Assembly: GCA_965203295.1 (NCBI GenBank) | Contig: CBDBCZ010000019.1 | Span: 320,001 to 384,000 of the forward strand | DNA from: Nitrospirales bacterium | Lineage (GTDB): Bacteria; Nitrospirota; Nitrospiria; Nitrospirales; UBA8639 | Direction: 5' to 3' | DNA length: 64,000 nt | Part shown: positions 27,476 through 37,992 of the stretch, in pieces | How positions within the stretch are numbered: position 1 is the stretch's first letter | How the letters are laid out: each line of letters starts with the position of its first letter | Program-made: the position numbers and the translations under genes | Notes under the pieces: generated by a model | Database searches by the model: none | What the model was told of the DNA's origin: nothing | What the model saw: the letters and a program-made list of their open reading frames with translations, nothing else

Positions 27476-28615
27476 ATGGGACTCACAAAAAGAAACGGCA
27501 AGTTCTATGTAGAGTTCCGATCTGTCGATGATGACGGAGTCTTAACTCTGCCACCGCGTGGGACAAAAGGGGCGAAAATTAAACGTTGGTGTACCGGGAC
27601 AAACAACAAAACTGAAACAAGGCGACAAGAGGCGAAGATTAAAACTGATTTGATGATGGGAAAAATACAGAGTGGCCCTGTCCATGGTCCAGTGACTTTT
27701 AACGCATTGGAAGAGGCTTACCTTGATTTTCCTGCCATTAAACGGCAGTCTTCGTACAAGTGGAAGGTATCGATTGTCCGAGGCCGATTTATCTCGTTGT
27801 TTGGAAAGAAACTGTTAACAGCTATTTCATCAACCTTGATTGACAAGTTTAGAGAAGAACGAAGGAAAGATCAGGGGTATGGTGGGACGACCCTGAAAGT
27901 GGCAACAATCAACCGTTCTCTTGCCTTGCTCAAACACATGTTTTCTTATGCAATCCGGGAAGAATGGCTAGAGAAGAACCCAGTTAGTCAAATTCAGTTA
28001 GAAAAGGAGAACAATGTTCGGGATCGCGTGTTGGATCCAGAAGAGTTTGATCGTCTTCAAGATAACTCTGCTCCACATTTGCGGGCCATCAATGAAATAG
28101 CCTATCAGACAGGTATGAGACTTGGGGAAATACTTGGCCTCACGTGGGACCGAGTTGATTTTAAGACGAGTTTTATACAACTTCGCGCGGAAGATACCAA
28201 AACTGACGATGCCCGGCTTATCCCATTGTCTCCTGAGTTGACGGTTCTCTTAAAGGACCTGTATAAAGTGCGCTACCTACATGAGCCCCATGTGTTTCTT
28301 GTTAAAGGGAACTCAGTAAGCTCGATTAAAACCGCGTTCAATGCGGCGTGTCGTCGAGCAGGAATTGAACGGTTTCGATTCCATGATCTTCGGCATACGG
28401 CTGTGACGAATATGCGTCGGTCGGGGATCGATCACCTGACCATTATGCAAATTACAGGGCATAAAACTCTGGAGGTGTTTAAGCGGTATAATAGCTTCCT
28501 TGAAGGAGATTTAAAGGAAGCCGCTCGTAGATTGAACACTTTTCTAACACTTGCCCACCAAGCCGCAAATACCTTCTCGCATAACTCATTGATAAGTCAC
28601 GATACGCGCCTGTAG
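27476..28615 (+). CDS. Tyrosine recombinase/phage-type integrase
   Basis: GMRLGEI, HDLRH, GHK and KRY catalytic residues intact; RBS AAGGAGG. Confidence 0.93.
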   Translation: MGLTKRNGKFYVEFRSVDDDGVLTLPPRGTKGAKIKRWCTGTNNKTETRRQEAKIKTDLMMGKIQSGPVHGPVTFNALEEAYLDFPAIKRQSSYKWKVSIVRGRFISLFGKKLLTAISSTLIDKFREERRKDQGYGGTTLKVATINRSLALLKHMFSYAIREEWLEKNPVSQIQLEKENNVRDRVLDPEEFDRLQDNSAPHLRAINEIAYQTGMRLGEILGLTWDRVDFKTSFIQLRAEDTKTDDARLIPLSPELTVLLKDLYKVRYLHEPHVFLVKGNSVSSIKTAFNAACRRAGIERFRFHDLRHTAVTNMRRSGIDHLTIMQITGHKTLEVFKRYNSFLEGDLKEAARRLNTFLTLAHQAANTFSHNSLISHDTRL

Positions 28616-28681
28616 CTCAATGGATAGAGCATCAGACTTCGGATCTGAGGGTTGGGGGTTCGAGTCCCTCCGGGCGCGCCA
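28606..28681 (+). tRNA. tRNA-Arg(TCG)
   Basis: GCGCCTG/CGGGCGC acceptor stem, anticodon arm TCAGA-CTTCGGA-TCTGA, GTTCGA T-loop, encoded CCA. Confidence 0.95.
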
Positions 28682-28734
28682 TAAAGTCAAGCATTTAGAA
28701 GCACTCCCTCAGATACCGGAGACCCAGGTTGCGT

Positions 28735-28930
28735 CTAGGTTGGGTTTTGGCTCTCAAAACCCCCTTCATCTAACCGATTGACCCAGTCACGATTCCGATT
28801 GCGAAACAGGTGGCCGCAGGTGTCCATGGTCACCTGAATGCTGCTATGGCCCATCTGTTCTTGAATGTATTTGAAATGCGCTCCCTGTTCGATCAACAAG
28901 GAAGTGTAAGTGTGACACAAGACTACGTTC
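28735..28930 (-). pseudogene. C-terminal fragment of a second tyrosine integrase
   Basis: HTYTSLLIEQGAHFKYIQEQMGHSSIQVTMDTCGHL; the catalytic Tyr position reads Cys. Confidence 0.75.
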
Positions 28931-29188
28931 AAACATACAAGCGGTCCAACTTGGTGAGTGCGGACGGAGACGAAGAGGCTAGAGAGGTTCGGGACTATCT
29001 TGCTAAAGAAAAGATGACCCCCGTATGGCCGAAGCCTAACGGCTGGCCAGGGAGTGGAGGGCGATATCCGCCAAGTGAATCTTCCAAGGATTGGTGTGAG
29101 TGAGGTGAAGGGTTTGACCAAAACTACCGTACCCCTTTTCATGGTGATTGGCTAAAGCCTCATACTGGCTGCACCAGCCTGAGCGTTT

Positions 29189-30219
29189 TGGACTTGCTCT
29201 GAATCGGTGGACACTCCTAAGCTTAAAATTAAAGCAGAGGAGGACCCGGTATGACCAAAGGGAAATTTGCAGACGAGTTCAAAGAAGAAGCGGTCAAGCA
29301 GGTCATCGAGCGGGGGTACGCCGTGGGCGATGTCGCGAAACGCTTGGGGATTTCGGTGCAAAGTCTGTACAAGTGGGTCAAGGTGTATGCCCCCAACACC
29401 ACCGATCGGTATGAAGCCGAACTCAAAGAGGTGCGGCGCGAGACCCTGAAGCTGAAGGCGGAACTCAGTCGAGCTCAGGAAGAGCATGAGGCGAATGGCC
29501 GCACCTATGGTGCCCCCCGCATTCTTTGCGATCTGCGAGAAGTGGGGGAATGTGTGGGCAAGAACCGGATTGCCAAGCTGATGAGGCGCCATAAGATCCT
29601 CGCCCAGCGAGGGTATAAGCCACCCGGCGTGCGTTATACCAAGCCGGCGGTGGCTGCCCCGAATCGCTTGGAGCAACAGTTTGCGATCGACCGGCCGGAT
29701 CATGTGTGGGCGACCGACATCACCTATATTCGGACCTACGAAGGGTGGCTCTATCTGGCGGTAGTGATGGATCTCTACTCACACCGGATCATCGGCTGGT
29801 CGATGAAGGCCACCCTGGCCAAAGAAATTGTGCTGGATGCCTTACTGATGGCCGTCTGGCGACGCAAGCCCAAGCAGAACGTCATTATCCATTATCCATT
29901 CGGATCAGAGGTCGCAGTTCAGCAGCGATGACTGGACTCGATTCTGCCAGACACATGCGTTGCTCCCCAGCATGAGTCGCCGAGGCAACTGTTATGATAA
30001 CGCGCCGGTCGAGTCCTTCTTCGAGAGCTTGAAGAAGGAGAAAATCCGTCGCCACATCTTCAAAACCTGTGAAGTCGCGCGAGCCGAATTATTCGATTAT
30101 ATTGAGGTGTTTTATAATCGGGCGAGACGTCATCAACACCTAGGAAATATCAGCCCAACAGACTATGAGCAACAGATGGCAAAACTAGGCTGAGTGTCCA
30201 CGCAAACGAAGCAAGTTCA
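29189..30219 (+). mobile_element. IS3-family element, copy 1 (1031 bp, internally deleted and frameshifted)
   Basis: TG...CA ends with imperfect IRs (TGGACTTGCTCTGAATCGGTGGACAC / GTGTCCACGCAAACGAAGCAAGTTCA); OrfA HTH, WATDITYI and CYDNAPVESFF motifs. Confidence 0.93.
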
Positions 30220-30381
30220 TCTCAGGTTTTCGAGGTTTGGATCCTCCCTCTCGGTTGGCAGAGTGTGATCAGTTTTCTCCGCTTTGCGCTGGACACGTCG
30301 CGCCTCTTTTTCTTGCCGCTTCAATTGAAGAGCTCGCTCTCGGTTGCGCTTTGCCTGCTTCGTTTTCGGTGTTTTTCCCAT
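30217..30381 (-). CDS. Small basic protein (54 aa), C-terminus truncated by IS3
   Basis: RBS AAGGAG, then MGKTPKTKQAKRNRERALQLKRQEKEARR...EDPNLENLR; the stop codon is the IS terminal TGA. Confidence 0.55.
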   Translation of the reverse strand: MGKTPKTKQAKRNRERALQLKRQEKEARRVQRKAEKTDHTLPTEREDPNLENLR

Positions 30382-30639
30382 GGACACTCCTTGGTGTGTG
30401 ATTCCTTATCGCTTGAGAGAGGCCAGAACATGTCATTGGTATTCCTGCTCTTCTCTTTGGATTGGCCGAAAGTCTGGTTTAAAGAGACTCATAATAATTG
30501 GGCAACCTAAGCCCTTGTGAACCGCTCGATGGATAGGGCATCTTCGACAAAGTCACCAGGACCGCATCAAACTCGTGAACGGCCTTCTCATTTAACCTAA
30601 CAACTTGGCTTCAGGTCATGGACCTGAACTCCCGAATTC

Positions 30640-30888
30640 TTACTTGGTTACCTTAGGACGTCCTTTACGCTTTGGTTTCTCTGGAACAGTGATGCTTTTG
30701 ATATGCTCACCTGGGGTAAATCCCTGCATTGACATCATTAATGCTTGTTGGCGGACCTCATCCATTGAAATCTCTGTGTGCTCTTTTGGTGGATTCGCGA
30801 ATCCCAATCGAAGCAAGTTGATACTCTTCCTGGTCCCGCGAAGGTTCTTTTTGTGTTTGTTGTCAGGCCAATTCTTCGTGAATTTCAT
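30640..30888 (-). CDS. Hypothetical basic protein
   Basis: AAGGAG RBS upstream of the ATG; no recognised family. Confidence 0.4.
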   Translation of the reverse strand: MKFTKNWPDNKHKKNLRGTRKSINLLRLGFANPPKEHTEISMDEVRQQALMMSMQGFTPGEHIKSITVPEKPKRKGRPKVTK

Positions 30889-31126
30889 AATATTCTCCTT
30901 TTACCTGGTCATCCCTTATTATCACGGGTCGCAATCAGAACCACTCCCTCACAAGATTCAATTTTTGAGAGTTGGGCCTTTCCAGATCAGATACGAAGGA
31001 AATGAAAACCTGCAGCCATCCCCTGCAAGGGACAATATTTCGTGAAGAATGGTGAAGGATGAAGGCGGAGGAGAGGCCATCCAATATGAGATGCCTCTCC
31101 TCCTGAGTATGGCGTGCCGGTAGATC

Positions 31127-31446
31127 CTAAAACCGCTTACTTCTTCCTCGATCTCCGTCTCGTCGGCCACCTCCAAATCCTCCTCCACCGGAGCGCGGTT
31201 CCATCGGTTTGGCTTCATTGACGGTCAGCGTCTGTCCATCCATTTCCGTGGAGTTTAAGGCAGCAATAGCCGCCTGAGCCTCACTCGGAGATGACATTTC
31301 GACGAAACCAAAACCGCGAGATTGCCCGGTAAACTTGTCCGTAATCACTCGTGCGGACTCGACGGTTCCATGCTCGGCGAATAACGCCTCCATCTGAGTA
31401 TCCGTTGCGGAAAATGGCAAACCACTGACATAAATTTTTAACCCAT
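31127..31446 (-). pseudogene. RRM RNA-binding protein (Gly-rich tail) with a 1-nt deletion in codon 3
   Basis: AAGGAGG RBS, then ATG GGT TAA; restoring one base gives MGSKIYVSGL...RGFGFVEM (RNP2/RNP1). Confidence 0.8.
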
Positions 31447-31587
31447 GGGGTTCCTCCTTAAAAATAGTGACATTGTCTTGAGCTGGAGAAGAATTGAACT
31501 GATTGGAAGAAATGGGCTGCGGACGCGACAATTGAAGCGACTGTGGTCAGGCTTCCTATTTGACTCCTAGACAAAACAATATCGGTT

Positions 31588-31631
31588 AGGGACCTTGTTC
31601 ATTTTTCCTTCATCACCAGGCCCTACGCGAT
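31588..31631 (-). promoter_or_regulatory. Candidate structured 5' leader motif of RRM gene 1
   Basis: Shared with 53741-53787; hairpin whose loop is complementary to a downstream segment. Confidence 0.5.
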
Positions 31632-31881
31632 AAAGTATTGAAACTCTATCATGAAGCCGGAAGAAATAGATAGGGTAACTTTTTGAAGGGCCAACAATTT
31701 TTGGCCAGTCCGCTATGAGATTAGGAAGAAAAAAGAGTACACTAGCACGTTACGTCCGTTGGAAGACGTGACCGTCCATCGCAAAGTTGCATTTCATGGG
31801 AAGCCGTCTCACTGGAGCGATCGAGACCTGGCGGCGATTGTCACCTTTTTTATCAATTCCGAACACGAGAGAGGGTGAGTC

Positions 31882-32238
31882 ATGGGGAGTGAAAAGGTTC
31901 GTTATGCAATTGGTGATATTGGGAAATTATTTGCCTTTACCGGTGACGACGTCCCGGCTGGAACGACCCCTTTAATTGAGGAAAATGATAACAGTCTAAC
32001 TGGGGCTGGGAAGACATACTGCAAAAATCGTTGCCTCCCTCTCCATCCCGAATCGATTAGGGTCAAGTTTGCTCAGCAAAGTTCTGATGCAGTTGGCGAG
32101 GCCGCTGTTGCGACGGTAAGAAACCAAGAAATTCGCTTAGAACGTGATGCGAAGACGAAAGCCATTTCGGAACGGTTACAGCTCGACTGGACCGAACAAG
32201 ATAAAGCATATCAAGAAGGCCAAAAGCAGCGAAAATAA
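31882..32238 (+). CDS. Hypothetical protein
   Basis: 118-aa ORF with a GAGGG RBS. Confidence 0.45.
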   Translation: MGSEKVRYAIGDIGKLFAFTGDDVPAGTTPLIEENDNSLTGAGKTYCKNRCLPLHPESIRVKFAQQSSDAVGEAAVATVRNQEIRLERDAKTKAISERLQLDWTEQDKAYQEGQKQRK

Positions 32239-32683
32239 ATCAGATACTGGGACATTTCTGCTTTGATGAGAGTCATGTAGTCTCGGTGACTGGTGACGTT
32301 GTCGCTTTGCACGTCGCCTTGCGGTTTGATGCTTCATCACGATGAAGTCTCTCTTTGCTTTGCTCCCAGTTCGAATCAAAGATTGGCTCAACCCCCCACA
32401 TTGAATCGCCTCTTTTACACGACCCCTCCTTTCAACCAAGAGAATCCAGGTCCATAAAAACCGGTGAATGAACATAATCGGTCGTATGAAGCACCAGTCA
32501 GCCGAGAGTGTTAAAGATATATGCCCTCATTCTTGGTAAACCCATTCAGCGTAGAAGGTAAGGCAGGACCAACGAGGTCGAATCACCTATACCTAGGAGA
32601 TGATGTGGTTCATTATAAGGATTCTTGTTCCACATTTGGCAGCTGAAGTATGATTGCGCTCAGAATTCAAAAAAGGAGTCAAT

Positions 32684-33452
32684 ATGGAAAAGCAAAAGAA
32701 AACTCGATCGGAGAAAGATTCATCTATAGACCATGTTATCGAACAATTGCGAGGACAGCTTGACACCCTCAAGAATTTCCTTGGTGTACAACCTTCAGGT
32801 TCAACCCTGGTGGACTTTGACATCGCAACAGAAGAATTGATCAGCGAAGTATTTGGAAGCGCTTCTCCAATGGTCGATGCGTATGAGTATGCCCAAATAG
32901 GGGAAGCCGCAGGAATGGTCAATTTGCCTGAAGCTGCGCCAGAATCCGTCACGCATGCTACGGAACAAGCAAGTCTGCGGCAACGCCTGCGAGTACTGGA
33001 AATGTGCATTGGAGAACTTGAAACTCGCCGGGCCGCTATGGCCAAAGGGAAACGGATCACCACTGAGACTGGTCCACGAGTCGCTGATTACATGTCACGA
33101 GCGGTCCACTGTGTTCATGTGGACTCGACGTTGAAAGAAGCGGCTTTTCTCCTAGAAAAAGAGAAGGTCGGGTCGTTGCTGGTCAAAGGCGTTGACAATT
33201 TCATCGGGAGCATTACCGCGACGGAATTGAGCCAAGAGGTGGTAGCAGGTGGAGTGGACCCCAACACCACAAGAGTCAAGACTTGCATGCGCGAGCCCAT
33301 CATCACGATTGAAAGTAGTGATCCGATCCGTGGAAGCCGTACGACTCATGAAAGAGAAAGGCACGCGTCATTTGGCGGTTTCGGAAAGTGGCCATACCGT
33401 GGGCATTATCTCGGTTTCGGATATTTTGCGATATTATTCAGGTGTTATCTAA
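32684..33452 (+). pseudogene. N-terminal helical domain plus CBS pair protein, +1 frameshift at ~33328
   Basis: Paralog of 55761-56528; the C-terminus VEAVRLMKEKGTRHL...SVSDILRYYSGVI lies in the shifted frame. Confidence 0.85.
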
Positions 33453-33626
33453 AGCTGTTCCTCGATTATCACTTCGCAATTTCCAGCTGTTCATCCCGTG
33501 GACGATGGTGGGAATGAATTGTTTTCATATCCTGGTTTGATAGAGACGTAAAACCTTGAATTGTACCTTTCAGACAGTATCTGGTGAAAATTTGACCCTG
33601 GGGGCTTCCGGTCATGACCTCCCTCT

Positions 33627-33702
33627 GTCATTCTCGTGGAAACGAGAATCTAGGCCTTACTCGCATTCTTCTGGATGCCCGCCTAACCCCTACGGGCATG
33701 AC
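33627..33702. repeat. REP-like palindrome pair
   Basis: GTCATTCTCGTGGAAACGAGAATC ... GGATGCCCG...CGGGCATGAC. Confidence 0.55.
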
Positions 33703-33953
33703 GAGTCAAGAAACTCTACTCTCCTGCCTGAACTCCCACATTCATCTGGCACTGTCCGTAATCTGAAATCCAAGTATTTGCATCCCATTAAGCCAGGCTT
33801 CACCATACCGATCAGCTTCCAACTAGGTCGACGGACGACCTTCCCACGCTCAATTATGTTGAACGATCTCCTGTCGAATCAAGACCGAGGGCTTCCTGCT
33901 ATTTCTGTGCTATAACGAGGCCGGGTGTTGGCTGCCTAGAAAAGGAGGGCACC

Positions 33954-34682
33954 ATGGATCGTGGTGAAACAGGAGACCGGCGGACGGAATGGTTTGTTCC
34001 ATCCTTTGGTCCGTTAAAGTTCAGGATCTCGATCGGGTTACTCTTTCTTCCCTATACTGGAATGGTGCTCGCGTACACGATCATCGGGTCAATGATGGCG
34101 GAGCATATCCATTGGGATCGCGTGTGCGCCATTGTCGTGATCTACTTTCTTGGGTTGGGGATCGGTGGTCATGCGCTGGATGCTCTAGGCAGCAAAGGCC
34201 TCAAACCGTGGGGAAATGTCCTATCCGATAACGGGCTTCTCATTCTCGCCATCACTTCTATAGTCAGCGCGTACATAATCGGTATCTACTACATGGTTCT
34301 CTACACCCCGCTACTCTGGCTTATCGCGATCCCAGAAGGTTTTTTCCTTCTGGCCTATAATCTGGAATGGTTTCATGGGCGTTTCCACACCGATGCCTGG
34401 TTCGGCTTGTCATGGGGAAGCCTCCCTGTTCTAGCTGGGTATATACTTCAGACCAACCAGATTTCATTTTCGGCGCTCTTGGTGGCGGCATCTATGGGGC
34501 TGTTGAGTCTCGTGGAGATCAAGGCCTCGCGTCCCTATAAGAAGATGAAGCGCGAGCTTGCTGCCAATGGGGAGACTATTGAGACAGACCAGATCCAGTG
34601 GCTTGAATCTATCCTGAAAAGTGTGAGTGTGGGCATTATTCTCCTAGGAGCTGGACTATTGGTTTGGCGTTTGAGCACATAA
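33954..34682 (+). CDS. Integral membrane protein, possibly UbiA-superfamily-like
   Basis: 242 aa, about 7-8 TM segments, HALDAL and HTD motifs, strong RBS. Confidence 0.7.
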   Translation: MDRGETGDRRTEWFVPSFGPLKFRISIGLLFLPYTGMVLAYTIIGSMMAEHIHWDRVCAIVVIYFLGLGIGGHALDALGSKGLKPWGNVLSDNGLLILAITSIVSAYIIGIYYMVLYTPLLWLIAIPEGFFLLAYNLEWFHGRFHTDAWFGLSWGSLPVLAGYILQTNQISFSALLVAASMGLLSLVEIKASRPYKKMKRELAANGETIETDQIQWLESILKSVSVGIILLGAGLLVWRLST

Positions 34683-34731
34683 ATGCAGCAATCCACCCTT
34701 CCTAAAACTTGCGAATAGGACAAGAATTCGT

Positions 34732-35427
34732 CTATTTCCTGGCGGTAACAATCGCGGAGCCATAAGCAGTCAAATATTCCAATCGGATCTCAGTGAACCC
34801 ATTCTCACGGAGAGCCTCAGTCAATTCTGAAATCCATTGACTCTCCTGAATGAGATTCGGCAGACCATAAAAGATTTCACGCCAGGTGGGGAAGAAAGGA
34901 CTTCCCAGACGTTGGAGTATGTAGAAGTAAAGACGCCACAACCATACGAGGTACGCTTTCGGTGGATAGGTAAAGTCATGCATAAGAAGAAGGCCACCCG
35001 TCTTCAGCATGTCCTTGGAGGTCTGTGTAAGGCTTTTGAGATCGGCGTATTTGGCCAAGTAGGAAGAAACCACGCAGTCGAAGGGCTCGTTTGATTGGTA
35101 GTCTTCCGCTCGACTCAGGACAAACTCTACGTTGATGCGCCCCAATCGCTGGACTTTGTTTCGCGCGACGTTAAGGTATTCCTCTCGGAGCTCAACCCCC
35201 ACAACCCTACAGTTGGGATAGCGTTCAGCGAGTGCGAGGGTAGAAATGCCAGTGCCACAGGCCAAATCGAGGATTCGGGTAGCATCGGGCGGAATGAGGT
35301 GAACAATTCTGCGTTTCCAGCGGCGGTCAATGCCAAAGGTTGCGAAGTTGACCATCCAATCATACGTGGCTCCTGTCCCGGAGAAGAAGCGGTGAACTTT
35401 TGCTAATCTTGGGTCGTCAGTATCCAT
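34732..35427 (-). CDS. Class I SAM-dependent methyltransferase (UbiE/MenG-like)
   Basis: YD..NF.TFGID..WK and ILDLACGTG motif I. Confidence 0.88.
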   Translation of the reverse strand: MDTDDPRLAKVHRFFSGTGATYDWMVNFATFGIDRRWKRRIVHLIPPDATRILDLACGTGISTLALAERYPNCRVVGVELREEYLNVARNKVQRLGRINVEFVLSRAEDYQSNEPFDCVVSSYLAKYADLKSLTQTSKDMLKTGGLLLMHDFTYPPKAYLVWLWRLYFYILQRLGSPFFPTWREIFYGLPNLIQESQWISELTEALRENGFTEIRLEYLTAYGSAIVTARK

Positions 35428-35826
35428 ACGCGATGGTCGGGTGTTAGATGAGGAACTCCTGAAATCAACGAATAGGCGATCTCACTCTATCTTGGATAGC
35501 CCGATCGCCGCCTTTCAAAGGCAATGCCTGATGAACAATACGTGAGGAGGTGAACTCTTCTCAATACGTTCTCACGATCGACAATTTTGAGCTAGTTGAC
35601 TTTCATGCGCAGCTGGTTTCACCATAGGATCTACAGCTCCTCTCGGCTGTTCCTTCTATAACCAGGGTCAAATACCCTCAAGCATGAAAGGGGAAAAGGC
35701 ATGATTACGATTACTACCGTGATAGCCCGACCCCTACACGGTGATTCCTACCAGTTCGACTCGCTTTTTTGCCCCTGTCTGCTGACAGGGCCCTTCCAAA
35801 TCTGTGGTTAGGGAGGACAAGAGCTT

Positions 35827-36729
35827 ATGACTCAGAGAGAATTCAAAATTGGCTTTGTTGGAGTTGGTCGGATGGGTGCCAATATGGCTCGGCACCTTAA
35901 AGACCAAGAGTATGTGCTCACAGCGGTATATGATATCGACTTAGCCAAGTCTGAAGGACTCGCGAATGAGCTTGGATGCCATGCAGCTCAGTCACCTGCT
36001 CAGGTTGCGGAACAATCCAATACGATCATCACGGTGGTCACGGATGATGACGCCATGAGGGATATTTTCTCGGAGGGCTCCAGCTCGGGACTTCTTCAAC
36101 AGGCAACGGATCGGTTATTCATTAACTGTGCCACACTGTCTCCAGTGCTTCATGAAGAAGTGGAGGCATTGACTGAAAAACATGGAGCGCAATGTCTGGG
36201 GGTTTGTATGGCCAGCAGCATCACTCAGGCGCGCGAGGGAACTTTGTATTTGATGTGTGGAGGAAAACATGAGGCGTTTGACCAAGCAAAACCCCTGCTG
36301 GAATCACTGAGTGCTTCACTCAGATTTATTGGGTCTGCTGCTGAAGCCGCAAAGGTGAAAGCTCTTGTGAACATGGTCATGAATATCAATACCGCTGGGC
36401 TTGCGGAAGGGTTAGGTCTCGGCCAAGCCTTAGGCCTTGATTTGACCATCCTCCAAGAGGTGTTTGCTCAAACAGGTGCAGCCTCGCGTGTTTTGGAAAC
36501 GGATGGAACCGATATGCAGAATCGAGACCACGAATGCTATTTTTCAGCAGCTCATGCTGCAAAAGATTCTGGTATTGCCCTCAGCTTAGCGGAGGAAGAA
36601 GACCTGACGCTTCCGTTAGCCAAAGCGACCTTTCAGCATTATAAACAGATAGTGGAACTGGGCAAGGGCGAGTTAGATAAATCTGGAGTGGCCGAACTGA
36701 CGTTTCCAGGAAGGAGTGATCCTTTGTAG
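35827..36729 (+). CDS. NAD(P)-dependent oxidoreductase, 3-hydroxyisobutyrate dehydrogenase family
   Basis: IGFVGVGRMGANMA Rossmann motif; KALVN. Confidence 0.9.
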   Translation: MTQREFKIGFVGVGRMGANMARHLKDQEYVLTAVYDIDLAKSEGLANELGCHAAQSPAQVAEQSNTIITVVTDDDAMRDIFSEGSSSGLLQQATDRLFINCATLSPVLHEEVEALTEKHGAQCLGVCMASSITQAREGTLYLMCGGKHEAFDQAKPLLESLSASLRFIGSAAEAAKVKALVNMVMNINTAGLAEGLGLGQALGLDLTILQEVFAQTGAASRVLETDGTDMQNRDHECYFSAAHAAKDSGIALSLAEEEDLTLPLAKATFQHYKQIVELGKGELDKSGVAELTFPGRSDPL

Positions 36730-36844
36730 AATGAGCTTTGAGGATATGAATCAAGGACTTCGCGGAGAAAGTGTAGAAAATAAGCAGTGACAGCTGGTTA
36801 TGAAGGTTGGGGGTAGAAAAATCGTGATTCATCGATCACGGCAT

Positions 36845-37660
36845 ATGAAGAGGAGCGGTTTAGGGAGCTCTGCACGACGTTTGCAAATAATCATGATCTT
36901 GGTCTTGATGGTATGGCCCTCGCTTCCTCCTGGCGCGGCGTTCGCTGCATCCTTATCAGAGTTAGAGGGACAGACGATTCTGCAACAGCTCAACGAACTA
37001 CGCCAAGACATTAAAGCGTTGCGCGGTGAAGTCGGGCAGCTCCGCAAGGCGGTCACCGAAATTCACCGGGCGGCTGTCTCCCCTTCTCGTACCCCTCCAC
37101 GTCAACCCGTCAAGGTCGACGTCCCCCTGGGCCAAACCCCCAGACTGGGGAATCCTGAGGCGACGGTTGGCATTGTCGAGTTCACCGATTATCAGTGCCC
37201 CTTCTGTCAACGGTTCCATGTCCAGACATTTGGGCAACTCAAAGAACAGTATATCGAAACGAAGAAGATCCAATACATAGTTCGGGATTTTCCCTTGGAC
37301 TTTCACCGTCACGCCAAAGATGCGTCGATTGCCGCCCATTGTACTGGTCAGCAGGGGGCGTACTGGGCGATGCACCATGAACTCTTCACCAATCAGCGAC
37401 GTCTCGGTCCGGATCTGTATGAGGAGCTAGCCACGACGCTCGAGCTCGACGGGCAGGAATTTCTGAGCTGCCTCAAGGCCCCTGAGCAGGCAAAGGCTGT
37501 TGAGGCTGACCTTGCGTATGGTCAGCAAATCGGAGTGCGCGGCACGCCAAACTTTTTTATCGGTCGGATCGACGATGGAAAGTTGGTTAAGGCCACACAG
37601 ATTACCGGCTCCCAACCCTTCTCAGCCTTTTCGCAAGCGATTGACTCTCTCCTGAAATAG
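36845..37660 (+). CDS. DsbA/thioredoxin-fold protein
   Basis: Signal peptide, EFTDYQCPFC and GTP cis-Pro motif. Confidence 0.9.
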   Translation: MKRSGLGSSARRLQIIMILVLMVWPSLPPGAAFAASLSELEGQTILQQLNELRQDIKALRGEVGQLRKAVTEIHRAAVSPSRTPPRQPVKVDVPLGQTPRLGNPEATVGIVEFTDYQCPFCQRFHVQTFGQLKEQYIETKKIQYIVRDFPLDFHRHAKDASIAAHCTGQQGAYWAMHHELFTNQRRLGPDLYEELATTLELDGQEFLSCLKAPEQAKAVEADLAYGQQIGVRGTPNFFIGRIDDGKLVKATQITGSQPFSAFSQAIDSLLK

Positions 37661-37992
37661 ACTCACCGGGTGAGTTTCTGCAATCCCCTCTCATTCCCTT
37701 GGTAGCTACAAGGTATCGCAGATGAATATAGTCTGAAGGAAGAAGAAACGCGTCTTGAATCTTATATTTGGGAGATGAATGGCAGTGCATCAGCGGAGGA
37801 ATCGTATAGGCAAACCTCTAGACACAAAAGAACTGTTACTTTGAGAGAGTAACCCTTTATAATGTATGGAGATGGCAGCATGGGAAGTGAATAAAGTAAA
37901 GCAGTTTCTGAAAGTTCTGGCAAGGGCCGAATTGGCGGAGATGGAACAGAAGAGAATCTTACTCGGAAGGAAATGATCAGGTGGGTATACTT

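Noticed and set aside
30382..30600. Third copy of the RRM leader motif
   Set aside because: Only CCTGGTGA is shared; the stem and pseudoknot partners are absent
35430..35820. Possible riboswitch in the divergent intergenic region
   Set aside because: Several small hairpins but no recognisable aptamer consensus
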